From positions 258,173-322,172 of the forward strand of contig CAWBAV010000011.1 of the NCBI GenBank assembly GCA_963786865.1: DNA of 64,000 nucleotides. The letters are read 5' to 3'. The notes beneath the pieces are model-generated. The model was given only the letters and a program-made list of their open reading frames with translations. It did no database searches and had not been told where the DNA came from. This document shows, piece after piece, positions 49,377 to 58,365 of this stretch. Within the stretch, counting starts at the first letter, position 1, and each line of letters starts with the position of its first letter. The stretch comes from an uncultured delta proteobacterium (GTDB lineage Bacteria > Myxococcota_A > Polyangia > Polyangiales > Houyiibacteriaceae). The position numbers were made by a program, and so were the translations under genes.

Positions 49377-50669
49377 ATGTTGAAGCAAGAACGAACCGAG
49401 GGTCCCGAGCACGACGTCGCGATGGCGCGACGACCGACAAAGAGCCGATGCCTCTTTTGTGAAGGCGAGCTTTCCAACGTCGTCGTCGACCTGGGGATGT
49501 CTCCCCTCTGCGAGAGTTTCCTTCCGGAGGCCGAGCTCAACCAGATGGAACCCTTCTACCCGCTGGTCGTATACGTCTGCCCCAGTTGCTGGCTCGTCCA
49601 GCTGGAGAAGTACGTTGCGCCTGCCGAGATCTTTTCAGAATACGCGTACTTCTCTGCATACTCCGACTCCTGGGTCGAGCACGGACGCCGTTACACGGAC
49701 ATGATCATCGAGCGCCTGAAGCTCGATACGAATAGCCATGTGGTCGAAGTCGCCAGCAACGACGGATACCTGCTCCAACACTTCGTGAACAAAGACGTGC
49801 CGGTCCTCGGAATCGAGCCGGCTGCCAACGTCGCCAAGGCGGCCGAAGAAAGACACGTGCCCACACTCGTCGAATTCTTCGGACGGAGCTGCGCCACTCG
49901 GCTGGTTGCCGAAGGCAAGGCCGCCGACCTGATCATCGGCAATAACGTCTTGGCCCAGGTCCCTGATATCAATGACTTCGTTGGCGGGATCAAGCTCCTC
50001 CTGAAGCCTACCGGTGTCGTCACGATCGAGTTCCCGCATCTGCTTCGGCTCATGGCGGAGAACCAGTTCGATACGATCTACCACGAGCACTTTTCCTATT
50101 TTTCTTTCCTATCGGCCACCGGGATATTCAGCGCGCATGGCCTTAGGCTCTTCGACGTCGAGGAGCTTCCGACGCACGGTGGGTCACTACGCATCTATGC
50201 CTGTCACGAGGACGATTCGACGCATCCGACGACCGAACGAGCCTCGAAGCTGCTGGCTCACGAAGAAGCAGAGGGCTTCCGTGACCTCAGACGGTACGGA
50301 GCATTCCAAGAACAGGTCGACGAGACCAAGAGGGGGTTGCTCGAGTTCCTGATTCAGGCGAAGCGGGCGGGGAAGACCGTCGCGGGCTACGGTGCACCCG
50401 GCAAGGGGAACACCCTGCTCAACTACTGCGGAATTCGGACGGACTTCATCGACTACACGGTGGATCGAAACCCCTATAAGCACGGCCGATATCTGCCGGG
50501 CACACACATTCCGATTTTCCCACCCGAGCGCATCTCGGAGACCAAGCCAGACTACTTGCTCATCCTGCCCTGGAATCTGAAGGACGAAATCATGAAGCAG
50601 AACTCCTTCATTCGTGACTGGGGCGGGCAATTCGTCGTCCCGATTCCAGAGGTCCGCGTCTACCCATGA
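49377..50669 (+). CDS. SAM-dependent NDP-hexose C-methyltransferase (TylC3-like)
   Basis: 430 aa with an N-terminal Zn-ribbon-like C.FC...(x)..C..C, a class I MTase core VVEVASNDGY and a C-terminal C-methyltransferase-type domain (GYGAPGKGNTLLNYCG). An alternative start is at 49422. Confidence 0.75.
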   Translation: MLKQERTEGPEHDVAMARRPTKSRCLFCEGELSNVVVDLGMSPLCESFLPEAELNQMEPFYPLVVYVCPSCWLVQLEKYVAPAEIFSEYAYFSAYSDSWVEHGRRYTDMIIERLKLDTNSHVVEVASNDGYLLQHFVNKDVPVLGIEPAANVAKAAEERHVPTLVEFFGRSCATRLVAEGKAADLIIGNNVLAQVPDINDFVGGIKLLLKPTGVVTIEFPHLLRLMAENQFDTIYHEHFSYFSFLSATGIFSAHGLRLFDVEELPTHGGSLRIYACHEDDSTHPTTERASKLLAHEEAEGFRDLRRYGAFQEQVDETKRGLLEFLIQAKRAGKTVAGYGAPGKGNTLLNYCGIRTDFIDYTVDRNPYKHGRYLPGTHIPIFPPERISETKPDYLLILPWNLKDEIMKQNSFIRDWGGQFVVPIPEVRVYP

Positions 50670-51214
50670 TCTTCACCGAGACCCACGTCGTCGGTGGGTT
50701 CCTCATCGACATCGAGGCACACCTGGACGAGCGAGGCTCGTTTGGACGTTCGTTCTGCAAGCGTGAATTCGAAGCCCACGGATTGAACCCAGTGGTTGCA
50801 CAGTGCAATGTGTCGACGAATCGAAAGAAGGGTACGTTGCGCGGCATGCACAGCCAGATCCCAGGACACGAAGAAGAGAAGCTGGTCCGATGCACGCGCG
50901 GGTCGATCTACGACGTGATGCTAGATCTACGCCCCTCGTCTCCTAGCTATGGACGGCATGTTGGCGCAATGCTGACTGCGGACAATCACCGCGCGCTCTA
51001 CATTCCCAAAGGCGTGTTCCACGGGTTCTTGACGCTCGAACACGATTGCGAAGTGTTCTATCAAATGTCGGAGTTCTATTCGCCGACCCCCGGGCGCGGT
51101 GTCCGCTGGAACGACCCGGCGTTCGATATCCAATGGCCCGCCCAGGTGTCTGTTATTTCGGAGCGCGATGCCAGCTACCCTGATTTCGATCGGGTGCAGG
51201 GTTTCACTACGTGA
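50666..51214 (+). CDS. NDP-4-dehydro-6-deoxyhexose 3,5-epimerase family (RmlC-like cupin)
   Basis: 182 aa with DERGSF, GTLRGMH, KLVRCTRGSIYDVMLDLR and ALYIPKGVFHGF. The start overlaps the previous stop (ATGA). Confidence 0.85.
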   Translation: MIFTETHVVGGFLIDIEAHLDERGSFGRSFCKREFEAHGLNPVVAQCNVSTNRKKGTLRGMHSQIPGHEEEKLVRCTRGSIYDVMLDLRPSSPSYGRHVGAMLTADNHRALYIPKGVFHGFLTLEHDCEVFYQMSEFYSPTPGRGVRWNDPAFDIQWPAQVSVISERDASYPDFDRVQGFTT

Positions 51215-52534
51215 GCCGGAATCTCCAAGAGCTCGTTGCAAGTACGGACCCGGCCAAAGTCGGTCGTGGCATGCATGCGCTGGCGACCGAATTGTTTCCT
51301 TTCTGCCGGTCGATCACCGGTGAAGGTGTTCGGCAGACACTGAGACGTTTGCAGAGTGACCTGCCGTTGAAGGTTCATGAAGTCCCTACCGGGACGCAGG
51401 TTTTCGATTGGACGGTTCCGAAGGAATGGAACGTGCGTGACGCGTGGATCAAGGACCCGTCAGGGCGCAAGATCGTCGACTTCAACGAATCGAATCTCCA
51501 CGTATTGAATTACAGCACGCCGGTCCACGGTCGTATGCGGCTGGCCGAGCTCGATGCGCATCTATTTACACTGCCCGCAGCCCGAGGCCATTCCCTACAA
51601 GACCTCGTACTATAGGGAGACTTGGGGATTCTGCCTCAGTCATGCACAGCGTGCATCGCTCCCCGACGGCGAATACGAATACTGCATCGATTCGTCGCTC
51701 GAAGATGGCTCGCTCAGTTATGGCGAAGTCTATCTGCCAGGTCGTCGGAAGAAAGAGATTCTGTTCTCTGCGCACGTCTGTCATCCGTCGCTTGCCAACG
51801 ACAACCTGTCGGGCATCGTGGTGCTGCATCATCTCGCGCAGGCTCTATCGCAGCTGGATACGACTTGGTCGTACCGCTTCATTTTTGCCCCTGGCACAAT
51901 CGGCGCCATCACTTGGCTCGCGCAGAACGAGGGTCGCCTCGGCATAGTCGAGGCCGGATTGGTCATCGCGGGCGTCGGAGATTCGGGCGACTTCACATAC
52001 AAGAGGACGCGACGCGGGGACGCCGAGATCGATCTGCTCGTCAAGCGAGCGCTGCGAGAGTCGGGTTCGTCGTTCGGGCTCGTCGACTTCAGCCCAGACG
52101 GATACGACGAGCGCCAGTACAACTCCCCTGGCATAGAGCTGCCGGTAGGGCGGCTTTCGCGAACGCCGTACGGAACCTATCCCGAGTATCACACCTCTGG
52201 AGACAAGCTCGAATTCATCCGGCCCGACTCGCTCGGCGTCGCACTCGAGGTGCTGCTTCGCGTTTGCTCGCTCCTGGAAAGCTCGCCGCGTTTCCAGAAC
52301 CTGAGCCCGAGGGCCGAGCCTCAGCTCGGGCGTAGGGGGCTGTACTCCGCGCTGGGCGGGCATCGGGACAGCAACGCACGCGAACGCGCCATGCAATGGG
52401 TTCTCAACTACTCCGATGGGGAGCATTGCCTCGCGGACATCGCGGAACGATCGGGATTGAGGCTCCAAATCCTCGAGGAGGTGGCCGCGCTGCTCGAGGA
52501 AAAGGAGTTGCTAGGCCGCATCGGAGAGGCCTAG
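51211..52534 (+). pseudogene. DUF4910/DUF2172 aminopeptidase-like protein with a C-terminal winged helix; one frameshift at 51574-51577
   Basis: The join is ...LDAHLFTLP|QPEAIPYKTSYYRETWGFC... It also has HVCHPSLANDNLSG. The C-terminus NYSDGEHCLADIAERSGL is HTH-like. The GTG start overlaps the previous stop. Confidence 0.65.
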
Positions 52535-52550
52535 AATTGGAGCAAAGAAT

Positions 52551-53321
52551 ATGAAAGTCGTGTTGTTCTGTGGCGGCCTTGGGCTGCGCTTGAGGGATTA
52601 CTCGGACTCCGTGCCGAAGCCTCTCGTCGGTATCGGTCCGCAACCGATTCTGTGGAACTTGATGCGCTACTACGCTCACTATGGCCACAAGGAGTTCATC
52701 CTCTGTCTTGGATACCAAGGCGAAGCCATCAAGCGCTTCTTTCTCGGATACGACGAGGCCATTACGAACGACTTCACTCTGAGCGAAGGTGGCGCATCGA
52801 TCGAGCTCCACAGCAGAGACATTCAAGATTGGAAGATCACGTTCGTCGATACGGGTCTCACATCCAACATCGGCGAGCGGCTCATGAAGGTGAAGGAGCA
52901 CCTCCGCGGCGAGGACATCTTTCTCGCGAACTACACGGATGGACTGAGCGACCTGCCACTCGACGAGTATCTGTCGTTTGCTCTTTCGAAAGACAAAGTT
53001 GCTTGCTTTCTGTCCGTGAAGCCCGCGACGAGCTTTCATGTAGTGCAGAGCAACGCCGATGGGCTCGTAACGGACATCGAGCCGGTCTCGGAAAACATGA
53101 GAATCAACTGCGGCTACTTCGTTCTGAAGCAAGAGATCTTCGACTACATGAACCCAGGCGACGAGCTCGTCGTCGAGCCGTTCGGCCGCTTGATCGAGAA
53201 GCAGCAGCTGGTTACCCACGCGTATGACGGTTTTTGGCAGTGCATGGACACTTTCAAGGACAAGCAACAACTCGACGACATGTACGCCCGAGGGGACACC
53301 CCCTGGGCCGTGTGGAAGTGA
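52551..53321 (+). CDS. rfbF: glucose-1-phosphate cytidylyltransferase
   Basis: 256 aa with MKVVLFCGGLGLRLRDYS..PKPLV.IG.QPILWNLMRYYAHYGHKEFILCLGYQG, which is canonical RfbF. Confidence 0.88.
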   Translation: MKVVLFCGGLGLRLRDYSDSVPKPLVGIGPQPILWNLMRYYAHYGHKEFILCLGYQGEAIKRFFLGYDEAITNDFTLSEGGASIELHSRDIQDWKITFVDTGLTSNIGERLMKVKEHLRGEDIFLANYTDGLSDLPLDEYLSFALSKDKVACFLSVKPATSFHVVQSNADGLVTDIEPVSENMRINCGYFVLKQEIFDYMNPGDELVVEPFGRLIEKQQLVTHAYDGFWQCMDTFKDKQQLDDMYARGDTPWAVWK

Positions 53322-53371
53322 GCGGCGTGCGTTCTCTGAGCTTCCAACCTCCAGCAAAGACCGGCCAAGGT

Positions 53372-53985
53372 ATGCGCGTGCTTTGCCTCGGCGCGCATGC
53401 TGACGACATCGAGATCGGCTGCGGAGGCACCGTGCTGCGCCTTCTCAGTGAGCCACCCGATACCGAGGTCGATTGGGTGGTCTTCACGTCGGGCGCCACC
53501 CGGGCCGGGAAGCTCGGCGCGCGGCCGAGGCCTTTCTCCAACAGGCGGGGAGCTCCAATGTCACCGTGCTCGACTTTGAAGACGGGTTTCTCCCTCACCG
53601 CTGGGAAGCGGTGAAGCGGCATTTCGAAGAGCTCAAGTCCAAGTGTAACCCGGACCTGATTTTCACGCACTGCGAGCAGGACCGCCACCAGGATCATCGT
53701 GTCGTCAAGGAACTCACGTGGAACACTTTCCGGAACCACCTGGTTCTGGAGTACGAGATCCCGAAGTTCGACGGCGACTTGGGCAAGCCGAATCGTGTTC
53801 GTGCCGATCGAAGTCGAAGGTCCATCGAAAAGTTCGGTACTCATCGAGGGCCTATCGGTCGCAGCGAGACAAGCACTGGTTCGGATGACAGACTTACCGC
53901 GCTCATGCGACTCCGTGGTATCGAGGCCAATCGCCCTCGCGGCTACGCGGAGGCTTTCTACGGTCGGAAGCTGGTCCTCTTCTAG
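53372..53985 (+). pseudogene. PIG-L/LmbE-family deacetylase with about four frame changes
   Basis: The pieces are MRVLCLGAHADDIEIGCGG (frame 1); EARRAAEAFL...NPDLIFTHCEQDRHQDHRVV...KFDGDLGKPN (frame 2); VFVPIEVE, then AYRSQRDKHWF, then LTALMRLRGIEANRPRGYAEAFYGRKLVLF, each in a different frame. Confidence 0.7.
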
Positions 53986-54018
53986 AGACCGCTCAGAGGT
54001 CTGATCGGGTGCGTCGCG

Positions 54019-54378
54019 ATGTGCTTCAAAGCTGTCAACATTCTAATGGTGCTTCTCTTCGTGCTTGCGGCATCGGTGCAGCTCAACGACCCGGATCCGC
54101 TCGTTTGGATCTCGGTCTACCTGGCATCGGCTGTCTTCTGCGTTGCTCATGCGTTGGGCAAGCTCCCCCCATATTGGCCGATGGCTTTGTCGCTCGTCGC
54201 AACTCTGTGGGCTCTGACCTTGGTTCCCACCTTTCTCGGGCAGGTGTCGGCAGCCGAAGTGTTCGGGACCGCGCGGATGCAATCTGAAGAGGCTGAAGTC
54301 GCGCGAGAGTTCGGCGGCTTGATGATTGTTTCCGTCTGGATGGGCGCGCTAGGCTTTCGCAAGCCGAAAGGCGCTTGA
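54019..54378 (+). CDS. small membrane protein, TMEM220-like
   Basis: 119 aa with 4 TM. The N-terminal block NILMVLLFVLAASVQLNDPDPLVWISVY matches my memory of the transmembrane-220 family. Confidence 0.5.
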   Translation: MCFKAVNILMVLLFVLAASVQLNDPDPLVWISVYLASAVFCVAHALGKLPPYWPMALSLVATLWALTLVPTFLGQVSAAEVFGTARMQSEEAEVAREFGGLMIVSVWMGALGFRKPKGA

Positions 54379-54518
54379 GCTCTTCGCAACCAGGCCTGCG
54401 ACAAGTGCCGTGGCGGAAGCAGATGCCGTCCGCGATCGTGGCGCGTCTTGCACGAGGATCGGTTCCTGAGTATCAAGGCCAACGCTGACCTTGGCCGCGA
54501 CCCACGGGAGAAAGTGAC

Positions 54519-55995
54519 TTGAACAGCGAAGACTTGTTTGCTCTTCTGGCTGCTTACGCCCTGACGACGTTTGCCGTGCTGATCTTCGAGTCGTTTCATC
54601 GACGAACTTGGTTGAATCTAATCGGGCTCACGACGGCGTTGATTGCGTTGGTGGCCACTGCAGTTCTAGGCGACTACCTGAAGGCAGGATCAGACGGCCT
54701 CGAGGTACTCCTGAGGCTCGTGCGTGAGCATAGCCCGCGGCACCTGGTCGCTGGGGCATTGGGTGCGGCGGCGGCATTTGCCTGGGTGGGTCGGCTCTTC
54801 AGCGCTGCGCCCTCACGCGCATCGACGAGGCTTCAACTGGCAGAGCAACTCGTCATTGCGGCTTCGATCGCCGGTGTCGTCGGTGGTGCCGGGGCGATGC
54901 TTTGGAACGAGCTCTTCAACGTGACGATGGAGTCCGAGACCGAGGCGTTTGCATCTGAGTTCGTGATCGATTCCATTGCTCGCATGGATTTTCTCCCGAC
55001 GCGAGTGGCCGTCGACGCTTCGGGCCACGTGTACGTGAGCCATTTCTGGTCAAAAGAAGACGCGACGCACGGTGGCGCAATCGTGAAGCTCACCAAGGAT
55101 CCCGATACGGGCGTCTTCATCCAGAAGACCGTCGCCAATCACGATCTCCTGTTTCGCGTGACTGGCCTGGCAGAGAAAGACGGAGACCTTTACGTTTCAC
55201 GGTCCGGCTATCACGCCAGGGCAGACGCAGGCAAGATCTCCTACGTGGATTCAGGAGCCGTGACAAGGCTCAAGGACCTCAACCATGATGGGTATTTCGA
55301 CTATTACGACGACATACTCACGGGCATCCCAGGCGCTCGCGGCCCTCACGTACAACACCAGAACAATGGAATCGTCTTCGGAAGTGATGGCAGTCTCTAC
55401 GTAACCAACGGCGTGGCCAGCATCGGACTCGATGAGCACCCCTGGGGTGGCGCTCTTCTCAAGCTCAGCCCCGACTTCGAGAAGACCGAGGTTTTTGCCA
55501 AGGGTTTTCGAAACGTTTTTGGGATCACCATCAATAAGCAGGGTGGGATCTTCGTGACGGACAACGACGTAGAGGAGAATCCCGGAGACGAATTGGATCA
55601 TGTGATCGCAGGGGAACACTACGGTCAACCGTTCTACTACCCCAACCATCCCGGGAAAGACCCTGTTGGCTTTCGAGATCAAATCCTCCTCACGCAGGTG
55701 AGTCAATCCAACTACGTCGGAATGGCCTACACTGACTCCGCGATGCTTCCGGAGGAGATTCCGGGACTGTCTCTATATTGCCGATCTCTCGGCGAACCAG
55801 GTGGTACGGGTCAAGGTCGAACCCGCCGGAGAAACCTACGAGGTAGTCGAAGTCGCGCTCTTTGCCACGATTCCGGCGCCGGTGGACATCGCGATCGCCG
55901 AGGACGGGACGATGTACGTTGCATCTCGGTACGACCAACAGATCTTTCGAATTCGTCTTCGCGATTCCCTCAGTAAACAGGGCGACACTCCATGA
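54519..55995 (+). pseudogene. membrane-anchored PQQ-dependent sugar dehydrogenase-like beta-propeller; one frameshift near 55755-55775
   Basis: It has N-terminal TM helices. Motifs are GIVFGSDGSLYVTNG, GFRNVFGITINKQGGIFVTDND and GEHYGQPFY. The tail LYIADLSANQVVRVKVEP...MYVASRYDQQIFRI is in the next frame (ORF 55801-55995). Confidence 0.6.
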
Positions 55996-56936
55996 CGCGA
56001 GGACACTGGATTTTCGGCATGTTGGTCAAGATGGGCGTGTCGTTGCTGGCGGCCTTCCTCGTGTTGGTCGTCGCGGACAGGGTCGCTATGAAGGCGAATC
56101 CCAATTTGGGTCCCAGTCCCTTCGACGATGCACGCGGATACCAAATCTTCACGAGCCGATGTGAGGTCTGTCATGCGAAGACAGAAGGTGACCTTGGTAG
56201 GACGGGGCCGAATCTTAGCCGCATCGGCGCCGATGCGGCCACTCGCCGGCCAGGGCTGAACGGGCCTGAGTACATCCTCGAATCGGTCATGGATCCGGGC
56301 GCATTCACCGCTCCGACTGCGTCGGGCGCGATGATGCCCGCGGGCTTGCTCGCTGACCTGTCGAATGACGACATCCGGAATCTGGTCGCGCATGTCGCGC
56401 GATTCGGGGCCATTCCGGATCGCAATGAGATCGCCGCTCTGGTCATCCGTGAGGAAACCAGCACCAGCGGGGAAAAACTCGAGGTGCGACGGGATGTGAT
56501 GGAACGTGGCGAACGGATCTTCCGCAACAAGTGCCAGTCATGTCACTCCGTTCACAACGGAGCTGAACACCTCGTCTTCGCTCCGGCCATATTCGGCGTC
56601 GGGTTTGCGGACGAACAGTTGCTCCGGGATTCGATTCTGCACGCGACGAGACCGGTTGCCGACAGGTACCGTTCGACGCGCCTTCAGTTGATCGATGGCA
56701 CCTTGCTCGTCGGTAACGTGATCGAACAGACCAGCGATGAGTTGGTGATTCTCAGCACCAGGCCCCAAGATCGAGGTGAAATCACTACCATCCAGCTGGC
56801 TGACGTCCGCAAGGACGCAGAGGGGAAGCCGATGCTCACCGAGCTCGATCTGCCGCCGGGATTGAAAGAAGTCGTCGCCTCACTGACACCGGAAGAGATC
56901 GAAGCCCTGGTCGCACTGCTCAAAGCATTCAACTGA
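55992..56936 (+). CDS. membrane-anchored dihaem c-type cytochrome
   Basis: 314 aa with an N-terminal TM and two CxxCH motifs (CEVCH, CQSCH). The start overlaps the previous stop (ATGA). Confidence 0.75.
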   Translation: MTRGHWIFGMLVKMGVSLLAAFLVLVVADRVAMKANPNLGPSPFDDARGYQIFTSRCEVCHAKTEGDLGRTGPNLSRIGADAATRRPGLNGPEYILESVMDPGAFTAPTASGAMMPAGLLADLSNDDIRNLVAHVARFGAIPDRNEIAALVIREETSTSGEKLEVRRDVMERGERIFRNKCQSCHSVHNGAEHLVFAPAIFGVGFADEQLLRDSILHATRPVADRYRSTRLQLIDGTLLVGNVIEQTSDELVILSTRPQDRGEITTIQLADVRKDAEGKPMLTELDLPPGLKEVVASLTPEEIEALVALLKAFN

Positions 56937-57004
56937 TGCTGCGCCGCATGTGATACGTAATTCTTGGACTTCGGGTGCCTGATCGACAACAATCAGCCGT
57001 CGAA

Positions 57005-57109
57005 ATGACGATTCGCGTCATCGTGGGCTTGTCGCTTCTAGCCATCCAGATCGTCATGATCGTGGCGGCTCGCTTCCATCCCATGAGGTACTACTGCTGG
57101 GCGCCGTGA
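57005..57109 (+). CDS. short ORF (34 codons, one TM), possibly the 5' remnant of a frameshifted gene
   Basis: MTIRVIVGLSLLAIQIVMIVAARFHPMRYYCWAP*. Third-position GC (29 of 34 codons) is like the confident genes here. Downstream coding signal continues for about 100 nt in another frame. Confidence 0.3.
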   Translation: MTIRVIVGLSLLAIQIVMIVAARFHPMRYYCWAP

Positions 57110-57644
57110 AGCGTTCCTCCATGTCGTCCTGGAATCCGCTTCGGGTCACGGACACGGACCTGCCACCCCAGCTCCTACTGATGGCGTTGCGGAAGCCCAC
57201 TTCCGCCGTCATCGATGCGCGTAGCCTTCCTTCCCACGTTTGTGCATGGCTACAAACACTTGCAAGGCATGCCGCGAGAGGAAGACTCGCATCGCTGTGA
57301 AGGATCGCTTGTCTCAACCCGGGTCAGGTTTGATCGTCTTGATTCGCAGACGTCGGCCAGGGTCCCGATGAGTTGGGCCCAGTCGCCATTGGTTACTGCT
57401 GCGGGGTACTGCGAATCAGCTATATTGGGAGTTGACTATTGGGCGCGTGTTGCGAGTTGCGCTAACAGCCCGAGCGGAGAAAGTAGCAAGTCAATTGCTT
57501 TCCAGAGCTCGGGACGCGAAAAATCGAGTGCCAGCGTGGCGACGAACGTTATCCGTTCGCAGGCGCGCTCTTCCTTTTGGCTATGGATCGAGGGCAACGG
57601 ACCCACCGACAAATCTGAGCAAGCGCAGCCAGCACCGCCCAATC

Positions 57645-58275
57645 GTGAGCGAAGCCCAAGACCAGAGCATCGAAACGGTTCGAGGCATCGCCGTGCTCCT
57701 AATGGTTGCGGCGCATGTAATCGGCGACATGGCCGGCAGCGGGATGGGCGTTCCGGACGATTCGGCCTGGCGCCATGCCTACCCCTCGATTCGCAGTTGC
57801 CGAAGCCTATTACCTGCTGCCCTATTTCCTCCTCGGCCTGGGGCTCCATCGATATGCCTTCGCCTTGAATACGCGTCGCGCTGTCTTTGTCGCTTTGCCG
57901 CTACTGACAATGGGGGTCCTACTCCACCAAGGGAGCCTGTTCGATTTGTGGGAACCGACCGGGCTGCAGCAGTGGCTCCTCAACACCTTACTCGGAATGG
58001 TTGGGGGGGTCGCCTTGGTTGGGATCCGTGTTTCCTGGAGGCCGGTCGCGCGAATCGGCACCTATTCGTATGGTATCTACCTTCTTCACGTTTTCGGTAC
58101 GGCTGGAGCGCGCATGGGACTCACTCGCGTGGGTATCGTTGCCCAAGGCCCGGTATTCGTTCTTGCTCTCGCCTCAGGTCTGGTACTGCCGGTCTTGTTT
58201 GAAGAGCTCGTCGATCAGGTCCCCATGCTGCGCCTTCTGGTGTTTGGAAAGAGCAACCTTGTCGTCGAGACGTAG
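57645..58275 (+). pseudogene. acyltransferase-3 (OafA-like) family membrane protein, short form, one frameshift near 57775-57790
   Basis: SIETVRGIAVLLMVAAHVIG (N-terminal motif) is in one frame. YYLLPYFLLGLGL...IGTYSYGIYLLHVF... is in the next frame. The GTG start at 57645 is a guess. The total is about 210 aa, shorter than the usual ~350. Confidence 0.5.
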
Positions 58276-58365
58276 CTGGTCAGGCTTTGGCGAGCACTTA
58301 CAGAAGTCTTGGTTGAACGGCGAACTAGTCGAGTGGCGCAGTGGTAGCGGATGCGATCCGATAAT

